Origin: a candidate division WOR-3 bacterium
GTDB lineage: Bacteria; Hydrothermota; Tepidihabitantia; SM23-42
Assembly: GCA_029858255.1 (NCBI GenBank)
Contig: JAOUFJ010000002.1
Span: 138,637-202,636 of the forward strand
DNA: 64,000 nt
Reading direction: 5' to 3'
Below the pieces are notes generated by a model, which saw only the letters and a program-made list of their open reading frames with translations, made no database searches and was not told where the DNA came from. The stretch's first letter is position 1; every line of letters begins with the position of its first letter. The translations under genes and the position numbers were made by a program. Below, piece by piece: positions 10,952 to 21,998 of this stretch.

Positions 10952-11863
10952 ATGCTGTATAATATCATATCCTATATCACGCGGGATCCAATGAGAAAAA
11001 TATTCGCTACTATATTCGCCTTCGGCCTATGGATATACGTGGCGATCGGCAACAACTACTCATATCAAAAGCAGATAAAGGTAGTGTACACCAACCTGTC
11101 TGACACTCTCATCATTGTAGATTCAGTGTCCAGTATCAAAGTGACTTTTTCCGGTCGTGGTGGTGCTCTTTTCAGTATATGGGCTGCTCCGCCAAAGGCA
11201 CAGTGTGACCTGAGGGAAAAGGAAAGCGGGCAATTTGAGATATCTACAAAAGACCTAAAAATACCAGTGGGCTACGGACCTCTCAGAGTTGATTTTGACA
11301 AACCTGCGTTAGCAGTATCAATTGATCGAAAGATCATGAAAACGATCGCGGTGCGAGTTCCGATAAAGGGTACTTTAAAAAAGGGATACGCGATCAGCGA
11401 TATGATCGTTCTTGATACAATAGACCTGACCGGCCCCCAAGAAGTGCTCGACCAGGTCAGTGAACTCATGACCGAGTCGCTGAATGTACGAAATCGAAGC
11501 ATTTCTTTCGAAAAAGACCTGAGACTTGAAATACCTTCCCCCATGCTTGACGTTAAGAAGAAAAGTGTCAAGGTAAAGACAATAATTAAAGAAAGCATGA
11601 GAAAGACGTTGACCGACATACCACTGGTCCTCATATACGCACCTGGACAAAGTGCAAGGTCAGAAAGAGATGCCCTCGATACTTTGATCGTTGAGGGTAC
11701 GACGGAGCGAATAAATCGACTATCGAATACTGACATCGAAGTTAGGGTCAAACTAACAAAGCTTGGGCCAGGCGAGTACCTGCTGCCAGCCGAGATTGAT
11801 CCACCCGAATATGTCACACCGGTGAAATCTGTTCCGCAAAAATTCAAGATCACGATCTACTGA
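10952..11863 (+). CDS. YbbR/CdaR-like domain protein
   Basis: N-terminal TM (FAFGLWIYV) followed by repeated beta-rich YbbR-like domains. Confidence 0.7.
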   Translation: MLYNIISYITRDPMRKIFATIFAFGLWIYVAIGNNYSYQKQIKVVYTNLSDTLIIVDSVSSIKVTFSGRGGALFSIWAAPPKAQCDLREKESGQFEISTKDLKIPVGYGPLRVDFDKPALAVSIDRKIMKTIAVRVPIKGTLKKGYAISDMIVLDTIDLTGPQEVLDQVSELMTESLNVRNRSISFEKDLRLEIPSPMLDVKKKSVKVKTIIKESMRKTLTDIPLVLIYAPGQSARSERDALDTLIVEGTTERINRLSNTDIEVRVKLTKLGPGEYLLPAEIDPPEYVTPVKSVPQKFKITIY

Positions 11864-11965
11864 GAATACACACATATATTTCATAGATTCAGCCTAGACC
11901 CCAACACAGTATAGCTAGTTTGAATGCGAAAAGGGTATCTACTTTGCATCCCAGACCGGGGAAAC

Positions 11966-11993
11966 TTGACATCCTTGGGTTTTGGATTATAAT
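11966..11993 (+). promoter_or_regulatory. sigma70 promoter of tRNA-Leu-tig-clpP-clpX (TTGACA-16-TATAAT)
   Basis: Perfect hexamers 30 nt upstream of the tRNA. Confidence 0.8.
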
Positions 11994-12023
11994 TTTGATG
12001 GAATTGTTGCCGCAATTACATTC

Positions 12024-12106
12024 GCGAGGATGGCGGAACAGGCAGACGCACTGGATTTAGGATCCAGCCCCGAACAGGGATGGGGGTTCAACTCCCCCTC
12101 CTCGCA
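12024..12106 (+). tRNA. tRNA-Leu (UAG)
   Basis: GCGAGGA/TCCTCGC acceptor stem, CTGGA-TTTAGGA-TCCAG anticodon arm, long variable arm, GGTTCAACTCC T-arm; usual position upstream of tig. Confidence 0.95.
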
Positions 12107-12124
12107 CATTGAGGAGAAAAATCT

Positions 12125-13336
12125 TTGGAATACAAAATATTGAAGGAAACAGATACAACTAAGGAAATCGAAATAACCGTTCCCCGCGCCGAGCTCGAAA
12201 GACTCATCAACGAGGAAACCGATAGTGTTCGCAAAGATCTGACTATCGATGGATTCCGCAAAGGCCGTGTCCCCAGAACTTTGATAAGAAGCAAGTATGC
12301 AGACAGTCTCAAAGCACAGGCCATGGATAGACTCGCCAGGCAGGCGTATCTCTCCGTTGTCAGAGAAAAAGAATGGCAGATCGCCGGGCAATCTGAAATC
12401 AGGAATATTGAAGATACCGACCCAATAAGCATCACACTCTACGTTGAAGTAATACCTGAATTTAATGTCGATAGCTACCTAAATATCGAAATTTTCAAAG
12501 AAGCACCTTCTCCTGATGATTTCCTTCTTCAACAGGGCATGAACGCATTGAGAGAGCAGCATGCAACAATAAAGGCGGTCGACCGACCGGCAGTGGTAGA
12601 CGACCTCGTAACAATGGACATAGAAATCAAGGAAAAAGGCAATTCCAGAAAGGAATCTGACCAGACCGTGCGAATAGGCGATCGTTCTCTTCCCGATGAA
12701 TTGAACAGAACGCTCGTTGGCATGAAAACATCAGAAAAAAAAGAGGTCAAGATCGAAGAAAAAGACTACGTGATTTCGGTCAAGAAAATCGAGGAGAAAA
12801 TCCAACCAAAGATCGATGATGAATTCGCCAGCAAACTGAAATTGGCCGATGCGGAAGAGCTCAAGAAGAAAATCCTCGAAAGCGTCAAGCAACAGGAAGA
12901 AAAAAGGATTGAAGAAGACTTGAAGGAGTCAATCTCTGAGATCCTTCTGGAAAGAATAAAATTCAAGGTGCCAGACACCCTGACAAATAAGGAATACGAA
13001 AAAATCCTCAAGGATTACGGTATTCCTGACTCCGAATCAAACAAGGAAAGATTCTGGACCGTTGCCGAAAAAAGGATACGATTTAATCTTATACTGAACA
13101 AAATCACTGCAAAAGAGAACCTCCAGGTAGGTGAACCAGAAATAATGGATCTTGTTACAAAGATTGGGATAAAGCTAAACGACCAGAACCGTAGCGATGT
13201 CGTTGAATATCTTGGCAGTCTTCTTAACAGGGAAAAAACACTGGACTTCCTCTATAAGAATGCCAAGATCAGTGAGAAGAGTCGCATTTTGACTCCAAAG
13301 GAGGTAGCTGATGATACCCATACCGTTCGTCATTGA
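12125..13336 (+). CDS. tig: Trigger factor
   Basis: [10 protein letters not shown] ribosome-binding motif; TTG start after GAGGAG; synteny with clpP/clpX. Confidence 0.9.
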   Translation: MEYKILKETDTTKEIEITVPRAELERLINEETDSVRKDLTIDGFRKGRVPRTLIRSKYADSLKAQAMDRLARQAYLSVVREKEWQIAGQSEIRNIEDTDPISITLYVEVIPEFNVDSYLNIEIFKEAPSPDDFLLQQGMNALREQHATIKAVDRPAVVDDLVTMDIEIKEKGNSRKESDQTVRIGDRSLPDELNRTLVGMKTSEKKEVKIEEKDYVISVKKIEEKIQPKIDDEFASKLKLADAEELKKKILESVKQQEEKRIEEDLKESISEILLERIKFKVPDTLTNKEYEKILKDYGIPDSESNKERFWTVAEKRIRFNLILNKITAKENLQVGEPEIMDLVTKIGIKLNDQNRSDVVEYLGSLLNREKTLDFLYKNAKISEKSRILTPKEVADDTHTVRH

Positions 13337-13898
13337 GCAAACCGGTCGGGGTGAGCGTGCATACGATATCTACTCCCGCCTTCTCAAAGAACGGATCATT
13401 TTCATCGGAACGCCGATAGATGATAATATCGCGAACCTAGTAATGGCTCAATTACTTTTCCTCGCAGCGGAGGATGCTGCAAAGGATATCAACCTCTACA
13501 TTAATTCGCCAGGAGGCATTGTCTCATCGGGATTGGCAGTATATGATACAATGCAATTCGTTAAGCCCCAAGTTTCGACGATATGTATTGGCATGGCGGC
13601 AAGCATGGCCGCACTGCTATTGACAGCTGGCGCCACCGGCAAAAGATATGCATTACCGCACGCACGAGTGATGATACATCAACCAGAGGGAGCCTTTCAG
13701 GGACAGGCATCAGATATTGCTATCCACGCAAAAGAAGTACTGACGATCAGGGAAGTATTGAACAACCTATTCGCGAAGCACACCGGGCAGACAGAGGACA
13801 AGATAGGCAAGGATACCGACCGCAACTACTTTATGTCTGCACTAGAAGCGAAGAAATATGGCATAATCGACGAGATCCTCGACAAGGGGAAACAATAA
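13311..13898 (+). CDS. clpP: ATP-dependent Clp protease proteolytic subunit
   Basis: [29 protein letters not shown]. Confidence 0.97.
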   Translation: MIPIPFVIEQTGRGERAYDIYSRLLKERIIFIGTPIDDNIANLVMAQLLFLAAEDAAKDINLYINSPGGIVSSGLAVYDTMQFVKPQVSTICIGMAASMAALLLTAGATGKRYALPHARVMIHQPEGAFQGQASDIAIHAKEVLTIREVLNNLFAKHTGQTEDKIGKDTDRNYFMSALEAKKYGIIDEILDKGKQ

Positions 13899-15113
13899 GT
13901 GCCACGTATCGTTTGTTCGTTCTGTCAAAGACCAAAACCAGTGGTCAAAAGAATGTTTCGTGGTCACCGGTCTTATATTTGCGACGAGTGTATTAAGGTT
14001 TGCAGCAGTATCATGAAAGATGAGACAGAATTCTCCCCCCTGAGTGATTTTATTCTGCCGAAACCTGCTGAAATCAAATCTTTTCTTGATCAATACGTGA
14101 TCGGACAGGAAAGGGCAAAAAAGGCGATCTCGGTTTCAGTATATAATCACTACAAAAGGATCAAAAATAGGAAGAATGATATTGAAATACAGAAAAGCAA
14201 CATATTGCTGATGGGTCCCACCGGTACGGGTAAAACGCTTATCGCACAGACACTTGCCCGTTTACTGCATGTGCCTTTTTCCATCTCCGATGCGACACCG
14301 CTTACCGAAGCCGGTTATGTTGGCGAGGATGTTGAGAATATTCTGCTCCGGCTACTCCAGGCTGCGAACTACAATATACAAAACGCTGAGATCGGCATCA
14401 TTTACCTCGATGAGATCGACAAAATCACAAGAAAATCCGACTCGCCATCGATCACCAGGGATGTATCCGGCGAGGGCGTGCAGCAGGCTCTTCTAAAAAT
14501 CCTCGAAGGCACGGAAGCTAACGTTCCCCCGCAAGGAGGAAGGAAACATCCTGAACAGGAGTACATCCGGATCAACACATCTAATATATTATTCATCCTG
14601 GGCGGGACATTCACGGGTATCGAGGAAACAATCTCGAGGAGACTCGACCGCTCGGCCATGGGATTTTTGGGTATAACAAATGACAGAAAAAACAACTACG
14701 ACCAGGTTATCGAATCTATAGAACCGGATGACCTGGTGAAGTACGGATTGCTTCCGGAATTCGTAGGACGGGTCCCCGTGATTGCTACTCTCCACAAGTT
14801 GTCAAAGGATGCACTGGCTGAAATCCTCGTCAAGCCAAAGAACTCCTTGCTGAGACAGTATTCAAGATATTTCCAGATGGAAGGCGTGGTCCTCGAATTT
14901 ACCGACGATGCGATCGATGAACTAACTGAACAAGCACTGAAGTATAACACAGGAGCAAGAGCTCTAAGGTCAATAATGGAAAATCATATGCTGGACGTAA
15001 TGTTCCATCTTCCTGATAAGAAGGGTGTTGAGAAGTGCATCATCACACGCGAGGTCCTGCAACGAAAAGCAAACCCGGAATACATTGCGAAGAAAAGGAA
15101 AAAAGCACTATGA
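13899..15113 (+). CDS. clpX: ATP-dependent Clp protease ATP-binding subunit ClpX
   Basis: CSFC...CDEC zinc finger, GPTGTGKT, GYVGEDVE, RDVSGEGVQQ, GRKHP. Confidence 0.97.
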   Translation: MPRIVCSFCQRPKPVVKRMFRGHRSYICDECIKVCSSIMKDETEFSPLSDFILPKPAEIKSFLDQYVIGQERAKKAISVSVYNHYKRIKNRKNDIEIQKSNILLMGPTGTGKTLIAQTLARLLHVPFSISDATPLTEAGYVGEDVENILLRLLQAANYNIQNAEIGIIYLDEIDKITRKSDSPSITRDVSGEGVQQALLKILEGTEANVPPQGGRKHPEQEYIRINTSNILFILGGTFTGIEETISRRLDRSAMGFLGITNDRKNNYDQVIESIEPDDLVKYGLLPEFVGRVPVIATLHKLSKDALAEILVKPKNSLLRQYSRYFQMEGVVLEFTDDAIDELTEQALKYNTGARALRSIMENHMLDVMFHLPDKKGVEKCIITREVLQRKANPEYIAKKRKKAL

Positions 15114-15853
15114 ACATCTTCATGCCGCTCTATCTCAAACTGAGTAAGAAAAGGTTTTACCGCCCTTTTAAACCCCTCGGGACAAAGAAAAAATTGTGGC
15201 ACCTGGTATCTGTCCCCGGAAGCCCTGCGGAATTCTTCAGAGCGACGCCTTTTCTGGTAGGTCTGAGCAAGATTGGAAGTGTCGTTATGTTGATGCCAAA
15301 GAACCTTGAAACCATACGATCGTTTATGAAAACGAAACAATTCGAAATAATTCTATACGAGAAGAAACCGTCCCTCTTCTCAGAGGATTATAAACGCGTG
15401 GCCGTACAACTTGGTAACCGACATTTCCATTTTCTCATCGAACTGAACCAACCGGCGAACGTATCACTGCCCTACCTCGGCAATATCCAGAGGAGGGTAT
15501 CATTCTTTGACAAAAACATCTTTCCTTATTACAACATCCTTGTAAAAGACAGCTATACATCCTTGCTGGAATTTTTTGACATTGAATCAACAAATGGTCA
15601 AGAAATGTTCCACTTTTACAGCCGTGAACTGAAAACAACCGAAAAGAACATCCATAAATCACGTCCGTTACTATTCATCAACGAAGCCACCCCGATTGAT
15701 TGGGATGGTGGTAGCATTATCGTCGGAAAAGACATAATGCCCGATGATCCAGAAATCTGGAAGGTTTTGTATATCGCCGACGCCTATTATGGTAAGCAGG
15801 ATGCTTTCTACGAATTTGCTTTGCTACATAACAAGGAAATAGTGAAGAAGTAG
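15110..15853 (+). CDS. Hypothetical protein
   Basis: Long ORF; ATGA overlap with the clpX stop (start MNIFM). Confidence 0.7.
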   Translation: MNIFMPLYLKLSKKRFYRPFKPLGTKKKLWHLVSVPGSPAEFFRATPFLVGLSKIGSVVMLMPKNLETIRSFMKTKQFEIILYEKKPSLFSEDYKRVAVQLGNRHFHFLIELNQPANVSLPYLGNIQRRVSFFDKNIFPYYNILVKDSYTSLLEFFDIESTNGQEMFHFYSRELKTTEKNIHKSRPLLFINEATPIDWDGGSIIVGKDIMPDDPEIWKVLYIADAYYGKQDAFYEFALLHNKEIVKK

Positions 15854-15856
15854 ATC

Positions 15857-17014
15857 ATGATAATCAGACACCGCTTGAGTTCAAGAGCCCTGGCAATATA
15901 CTTCCTGATCGGCATTGCACTCATAGGCATCGTTACTTACATTTATTCGAACTACCTGATTCAGCGCATAAGAACGGAAACGGAAACGACTTCACGCCTC
16001 TTCGCAGAATTTGCACGTGGACCCAGTATCGACGAAGAGCGTCTTCTGGAGCTATTCTACGAAATGGTTATCAAGCGGATCGATTTTCCCGTGATACTGA
16101 CCGATGCCGAAGGGACACCCTATTCATCCAAGAATGTAGAAGAAAAAGACCTGGACAAAGCCGTGGAGAAGCTGGATCGCGTGCAAAGACCAATCCCCAT
16201 GGTGATCCGACAGGGTGCAGATTCGACACTACTCGGCCACGTGCACTGGGGATTGTCCCCCTTCACCAAATCACTGCAGATCCTGCCATTTGTTGAAACC
16301 GTATTTCTGATAGCTTTTCTCTTTCTTGGCTTTTGGGGCTATCTGATTTACCGCAAGAGCATCGAAGAAAAAATTTGGAATTCCCTCGCAAAAGAAACGG
16401 CTCATCAACTGGCAACACCTTTGTCTTCGCTCATTGGCTGGCTTGAGACGATAAAAGGAAACATAGATATTGAGGTATACAAGGGGATTCATGAAGACGC
16501 TATGCGGATGCGTGAAGTTCTCGAGAAATTCTCCCGTATCGGTCTCCCGCCGCGATTAGTTGAGAAAGACCCAACCGACGCGGTGAAAAACTCGGTGGAC
16601 TACATAAGGAGACGTGCCCATTCAAAAATAAAATTCACCGAGAAATACGGACGATTGCCCGCAGTCAGATTCGATGATGTTCTACTTGGATGGGCAATAG
16701 AAAATATTTTGAAAAACGGGTTGGATGCAATTGGTGACCAGTCCGGTGAAATATCAATTAAAACCAGAAAATATGAAACTTCTGGAGCGATTATCGAGAT
16801 AACGGACACTGGGAGGGGCATCAAAAGCAGCGGGAACATATTCAAACCGGGTTATACGACGAAGAAGTACGGGTGGGGACTGGGTCTGGTTCTTACAAAG
16901 AGGATCATCGAGGAATACCACGAAGGAAAATTATCTCTAAAGGAAACAAGTTCAAAGGGAACATGTTTTGAAATCTACATACCGGGAGTGAAAAATGAAA
17001 ATTCTTTGGATTGA
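15857..17014 (+). CDS. Sensor histidine kinase
   Basis: AKETAHQLATPLSSL H-box, ENILKNGLDA, DTGRG, GWGLGL. Confidence 0.9.
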   Translation: MIIRHRLSSRALAIYFLIGIALIGIVTYIYSNYLIQRIRTETETTSRLFAEFARGPSIDEERLLELFYEMVIKRIDFPVILTDAEGTPYSSKNVEEKDLDKAVEKLDRVQRPIPMVIRQGADSTLLGHVHWGLSPFTKSLQILPFVETVFLIAFLFLGFWGYLIYRKSIEEKIWNSLAKETAHQLATPLSSLIGWLETIKGNIDIEVYKGIHEDAMRMREVLEKFSRIGLPPRLVEKDPTDAVKNSVDYIRRRAHSKIKFTEKYGRLPAVRFDDVLLGWAIENILKNGLDAIGDQSGEISIKTRKYETSGAIIEITDTGRGIKSSGNIFKPGYTTKKYGWGLGLVLTKRIIEEYHEGKLSLKETSSKGTCFEIYIPGVKNENSLD

Positions 17015-18503
17015 TGACGAAATAGATCTGCTGAAACCATTCATCTACCTCCTGCAGAAAGAGGGCTACGAGGTGAAAACAGCACCCAGCGGAGAAGACG
17101 GTGTGAATATGGCAAACAAGGAACAATTTGACCTGATTTTCTTAGATGAAATAATGCCCGGAGTTGACGGTCTGGAGGTGCTTAGAAAAATAAAAAGCGA
17201 GAGCTCACAACAACTCGTTGTAATGGTTACAAAAAGCGAAGAAGAAGATCTGATGACTCAGGCATATGGCGGTTGGGTCGATGACTATATAACAAAACCA
17301 TTCAGTTTCAACCAGTTACTTTCAGTATTGAATCGCACATTAAAACGCCGCGTGATTATCGAAGAAAAAATGGCGGAAGAGTATTCAACCCAGCTACGGA
17401 CAATGATAGAACCGACCGGATATAGCGACTGGATTGAATATTATCGAAATATTGTATCATGGGACACGCGCCTTTTAGAATTCGGAAGCAAAGATCTTAA
17501 GACGATCCATGAGGAGAAAAAACGGGAAGGCAACGCCGGCTTCGCCAAATTCATTGAGAGCCAGTACTCCAGTTTTCTCAAAGGCAAAGGACCCATCTTG
17601 TCTCACCAGATCTTCTCGCACCTTGTTTTTCCTACATTAAACGACGGGCCAATCTACTTTGTAATCTTTGATTCGATGCGCCTCGACCAGTACATGAAGT
17701 TGATCCCCTTTCTGAAAGACTACTATGAGATAAACAATCACTACTACTATTCGATACTGCCGACTGCCACACCGTACTCAAGGAACTCTATATTCGCAGG
17801 ATTGCTGCCTCTCGATATTGTACAGCTGTATCCTCAATACTGGACTTACGATGAGAAAGGGCAGAACAGATTCGAACGCGATCTGTTCAATGAGCAATTG
17901 AAGCGCAACAACTTACGGGTTAATTTCTCCTTCTACAAACTATCGTCAATTTCCGAAATAGAGAGAAGCATTGAAAAAATAAAGGGAGAATCAACCGAGA
18001 TAGTCATCATAGTCATTAACTTCTTTGACATGCTTATCCATTCCATTCCCGGCAGAGGCGATATGAAAGGTATACTTGACGATGAACGTGTACTGCTGAA
18101 TATACTGGCATATTGGTTCCCCCTGTCGCCGATTTTCGAATTATTCAAGAGTCTACTGGTCAATGATAGGAGGGTCATACTGACCACCGACCATGGTTTC
18201 ATAAGGGTGCGCCGGCCTACCATTATCTACGGGGGACGCGAGATATCGCCAAACCTTCGCTACAAATACGGCCCGGCTTTGAGGGTAGACAAGAAAACTG
18301 CGTTGCTCCTGAACAGTCCAGGAGACATCTGCTTGCCGAGTGAAGATCCTTCGGTCCGATTTGCCATTGCCAAAGAAGATCACTACTTCATCTATCCAAC
18401 GAAGCCGACCGAGTACGAAAGGGAATTCAAGTACACATTCCAGCACGGCGGTATATCCACCGAGGAAATGATCCTTCCGGTAGGAATACTGAAACCAAGA
18501 TAA
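16995..18503 (+). CDS. PorX-like response regulator (REC + PglZ alkaline-phosphatase-like domain)
   Basis: ILWIDDE receiver; ILPTATPYSRNSIFAG, TTDHG, FQHGGISTEEMILP PglZ motifs. Confidence 0.88.
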   Translation: MKILWIDDEIDLLKPFIYLLQKEGYEVKTAPSGEDGVNMANKEQFDLIFLDEIMPGVDGLEVLRKIKSESSQQLVVMVTKSEEEDLMTQAYGGWVDDYITKPFSFNQLLSVLNRTLKRRVIIEEKMAEEYSTQLRTMIEPTGYSDWIEYYRNIVSWDTRLLEFGSKDLKTIHEEKKREGNAGFAKFIESQYSSFLKGKGPILSHQIFSHLVFPTLNDGPIYFVIFDSMRLDQYMKLIPFLKDYYEINNHYYYSILPTATPYSRNSIFAGLLPLDIVQLYPQYWTYDEKGQNRFERDLFNEQLKRNNLRVNFSFYKLSSISEIERSIEKIKGESTEIVIIVINFFDMLIHSIPGRGDMKGILDDERVLLNILAYWFPLSPIFELFKSLLVNDRRVILTTDHGFIRVRRPTIIYGGREISPNLRYKYGPALRVDKKTALLLNSPGDICLPSEDPSVRFAIAKEDHYFIYPTKPTEYEREFKYTFQHGGISTEEMILPVGILKPR

Positions 18504-18861
18504 ACAGATCGTTACACGGATAATGGTTTCGAAAAACGAATCGGACAACGGCATCGTCTGACGTCTCACGGCACAATAACACACCGCCAGTTTCGTTAAT
18601 CTCGTTAGTATCGTTATTCCCGTTGGAAAACCGGATCTCGATTCACGATATTGAACCTGCACGTATCTAGTATCTTTCACTACCTGAAGTAATACGAATA
18701 CGAAATACGATCAACGATTACGAAACCGTATCGCTTCTCCGAACCGTCAAGCGTTACACGATTCGTTTTGAACGTCCCGACCCAACAACCATCTGCGTCA
18801 TTATTGGTGCCGATTATATCTGGCTCCCCATGCGCCACGATATTAACGGGCAAAACGTCGT

Positions 18862-18928
18862 TGTTTATGTCATTTGTATTTAAGATTTTGAATTTGTTTA
18901 GTAATTCGATATTAGGATTTCGGATTTG
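18862..18928 (+). repeat. Dispersed 67-bp T-rich intergenic element, copy 1
   Basis: Aligns without gaps to copies at 28905, 46747 and 58064. Confidence 0.8.
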
Positions 18929-19042
18929 AGGTCCCGGGTTTCGTTACCGTAACCGCCCAATGTCGCCTGTCAAAAATGTGGGGTCTCTACCGGAGGGCGA
19001 AATATCAAATTACCAAAAAAATAAAGTAGAGACCCCGATTTT

Positions 19043-21112
19043 CTATTCTGGAGCAAAAGTGAAAGGAATTGACACCCTCTGTTCAAAAGAAGTGCCGTCT
19101 TTCGTAGCAGGATTGAATTCCCACTGACGGGCGGCAGCCAGTGCAGCCTGCTCACACGCTGGATTGCCAAAACTCTTGATGATTGTAGCATCCTTGACCG
19201 ACCCGTTAGTACCAACGAGAACTCGTACAACAATCGTACCAGAAGCTGCAAACTCGAGAGCGGCAGCAGGATACTTGGGCTGGACGCGCCTGACAGCCTC
19301 CGCACGTGTGATGACGGAAGGTTTAGGAGGTGCGGGCGGCAGCTCGGCCACAAGCGACGCGGACCCGGTATCGGCAACCGCTGTATCACTTTGTGCTGCT
19401 GCCTCAAGAAGTCTCTCAGGTGCGATCACTGAAGGCGGTTCCTCCCTGGCCGTTCCTGTGGTTTCGAGGACAGCTGGCAGAGATGTAACACCCGACGTCC
19501 CTTCTGTTGACGTCTCGGTTGGAGGAATTGCCGATGCCAGGCTGACTCTACGTTCTGCTTCAGGGATCCAATACTCGGTTGCGTTCGCCAATCGCACCTC
19601 ATGGTCAATACCCCTTACTCGCTTGTAAGTCGCGGCGATCCTGTCAGGTACTACAAGAAAAGAATAGGGTTGTTCCTCATAAACGACCTTCTGGAACTCA
19701 TTCCAGACGGCTCTTGCCTTATTACGATCCAGCATGGAAATGCCTGCATCGATTAATGAATCTACAAGCGCGTTGGAATAGGACACAAGGTTATACCGAC
19801 CTTTTGAATGCCAATACAGGGTCGGGTCGATTTTATCACCGACGCGCCAGCCCATCACGAAACCATCGAATTGCCTGTCCACAAGAACGTTCACAAAATC
19901 ATTTGCCGCGAGTGTCTGCGTAATCACTCTTATACCAATCTTCTGCAGATCATCTGCAATGTAGCGCAATATGGCGAGTCGGTCAGGGTTTTCCGAGTTG
20001 GTGATGATTCTGACCGTAAAGTCCGTTCGATCCTTGTCAATTACCCTATTACGATTGTAGTCCACGAAACCCTGTTCCCGCAATAGAGAACGGGCTCCTT
20101 CTATATCATAGATAATAGGATGAACTTCAGAATTATATGCCCACGACGATGGGGGTAACGGTCCCAATGAAATCTCCCCCCTACTGCCGTAGATGTCGCT
20201 CAGTATCCGCTGTCTGTCAATAGCCATCGCTAATGCCTTACGCACGCGCACATCCTTCAGAAACGGATGAGTCAGGTTCCATCCAATATAAAGATAGGAA
20301 CTACCAGGTTCAGAATAGATACCGACATTATCATTATTCCTAATTGCTTCTGCAGTACTGGGTGTAATATTAAACATCATTTCCAGATCGCCGTCCCGAA
20401 AATCTTCCAGCATTTCATTTGTGCTCCTGTAATGCCTGATCCGTATCTCATCTAGGGGTGGCCGGCCGTCATAATAGGTTTCGTTGGCAACCAGTATCAT
20501 CACTGAACCCCGAACCCATTCTTCCACACGATAAGGTCCATTACCAGTAGGCGATGCACCGAACTCACTACCGAGTTGTTCGTTGATATGTCTGGGCACT
20601 GGCATGATGTCCGAATCAGTCAAAATATCCGCGTATACCTTGTCAAATGTGAATTTTATCGCGTAATCACCGAGCACCTCAACCTTATTAATAAAACGGA
20701 GCGCATTGATATTCGGATAATTATTCGAGGGCTCCTTCATCTGCTCGTAAGTGTAGAGCACATCATACGCTGTCACCGGTTCCCCATCCCACCATTCAAC
20801 ACCTTTTCTTAAATAATACGTAATTGATTTCAAGTCTTCCGAAAATTCCCATGACTCAGCAAGAACTGGCCTCATTTTGCCGGTTCCCGGATCGATCTCA
20901 TGGAGGCGCAAGAAAAGTAAGTCGAGGATTTCATTGGACGTGAATACCGACGGTTCAAGCGGACTGATTACCGCAGGGATTTCCATAGTACCTACAGTCA
21001 AAATTCCACCGGGCTCACCGTCGAATCTTTCGACCTTACCCTGGCAGGAAAAAAACACGAATACAAGAAGCACAGTGGCAATTGGCAAACGTCGCATATC
21101 AGCCTCCTTCAT
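19043..21112 (-). CDS. Lipoprotein: family 5 ABC peptide-binding domain fused via a Pro/Thr/Ala-rich linker to a TonB C-terminal domain
   Basis: Lipobox FFSC; LAESWE, LRKGVEWWDG.PVTA.DV, GNGPY, VRKALAMAIDR; C-terminal PKYP..A....ASGTIVVRVLVG..G.V...WEFNPA...IPFTF. Confidence 0.88.
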   Translation of the reverse strand: MKEADMRRLPIATVLLVFVFFSCQGKVERFDGEPGGILTVGTMEIPAVISPLEPSVFTSNEILDLLFLRLHEIDPGTGKMRPVLAESWEFSEDLKSITYYLRKGVEWWDGEPVTAYDVLYTYEQMKEPSNNYPNINALRFINKVEVLGDYAIKFTFDKVYADILTDSDIMPVPRHINEQLGSEFGASPTGNGPYRVEEWVRGSVMILVANETYYDGRPPLDEIRIRHYRSTNEMLEDFRDGDLEMMFNITPSTAEAIRNNDNVGIYSEPGSSYLYIGWNLTHPFLKDVRVRKALAMAIDRQRILSDIYGSRGEISLGPLPPSSWAYNSEVHPIIYDIEGARSLLREQGFVDYNRNRVIDKDRTDFTVRIITNSENPDRLAILRYIADDLQKIGIRVITQTLAANDFVNVLVDRQFDGFVMGWRVGDKIDPTLYWHSKGRYNLVSYSNALVDSLIDAGISMLDRNKARAVWNEFQKVVYEEQPYSFLVVPDRIAATYKRVRGIDHEVRLANATEYWIPEAERRVSLASAIPPTETSTEGTSGVTSLPAVLETTGTAREEPPSVIAPERLLEAAAQSDTAVADTGSASLVAELPPAPPKPSVITRAEAVRRVQPKYPAAALEFAASGTIVVRVLVGTNGSVKDATIIKSFGNPACEQAALAAARQWEFNPATKDGTSFEQRVSIPFTFAPE

Positions 21113-21158
21113 CCTATCTAATCAAATTATATTGGGGATATGAATTATGTCAAGAGAC

Positions 21159-21998
21159 TTAATTCTCGACCATCTTATTACCGAAAAAGACCTTCATATG
21201 GGGCCACGGTATCTCAATACCTTCCCGGTCAAATTCTGTTTTTATGCGCTTGCGCAATTCACCCATGACTTCCCACTGCACGAGCGGCTTTGTGTCCCCA
21301 AGAATCTTGATATCAATGCCTGAACTGCCAAGTGCATCTACCCTCAGAACCTGTGGTGCCTTGATTATTTTCTTTTTCCAGTCAGGCTCCTCGTACATCT
21401 GAAGGCATACGCGGTTGATGACACCGATAACACGCTCTAGATCCTCGCCATAACCAACTGAGATATTCAAATTCACGCGGGAGTATTCCTTGGTGAAATT
21501 ACTCGCAATAGAAATCTCGCTGTTCGGAATATAGTGGACAATACCATCAAGATCGCGAAGAACAGTCCGCCGCAGATTGACCTCCTCAACTAGACCGCTG
21601 ACACCTCCCACCTTTACAACATCGCCGATTCCGTACTGATTTTCCAGTAATATGAAAAGACCGTTTAAGACATCCTTTATCAAACCCTGTGCCCCGAAAC
21701 TAATAGCCAGTCCGACGACGCCAAGACTGGCCAAAGCAGGTCCGATATTCACACCGATCTGTCCCAATACCGTGAAGAGCACTATCACACCAATCACTAT
21801 TCCAATTGTGTTGGTTATAACATGCGAAATCGTCTTGCTCCTGGTTTTTATCATTATTTCTGGTTTGTCTCTCATCCTGAAATGAATCGTTCGCCTAATA
21901 ACACGAGGAACTAAACGTGTCGACAACAACCAGCCGACAAATCCCAAAACGACGATAATGGCGATCTTAATGCCAAAAGCTTGCAGCCATTCAATCAT
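21159..21998 (-). CDS. Small-conductance mechanosensitive channel (MscS family)
   Basis: GLAISFGAQGLIKD, ENQYGIGDVV, HYIPNSEI, EIPWPH. Confidence 0.92.
   Translation of the reverse strand: MIEWLQAFGIKIAIIVVLGFVGWLLSTRLVPRVIRRTIHFRMRDKPEIMIKTRSKTISHVITNTIGIVIGVIVLFTVLGQIGVNIGPALASLGVVGLAISFGAQGLIKDVLNGLFILLENQYGIGDVVKVGGVSGLVEEVNLRRTVLRDLDGIVHYIPNSEISIASNFTKEYSRVNLNISVGYGEDLERVIGVINRVCLQMYEEPDWKKKIIKAPQVLRVDALGSSGIDIKILGDTKPLVQWEVMGELRKRIKTEFDREGIEIPWPHMKVFFGNKMVEN

Noticed and set aside
18153-18680. 175-aa minus-strand ORF and the many other antisense ORFs in the track
   Set aside because: Shadow frames of well-supported genes, with no RBS or recognisable motifs.
18980-19036. 11-bp inverted repeat GGGGTCTCTAC/GTAGAGACCCC as the ends of a mobile element
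   Set aside because: Single copy with a 35-nt interior between convergent genes; more simply a terminator-like hairpin.
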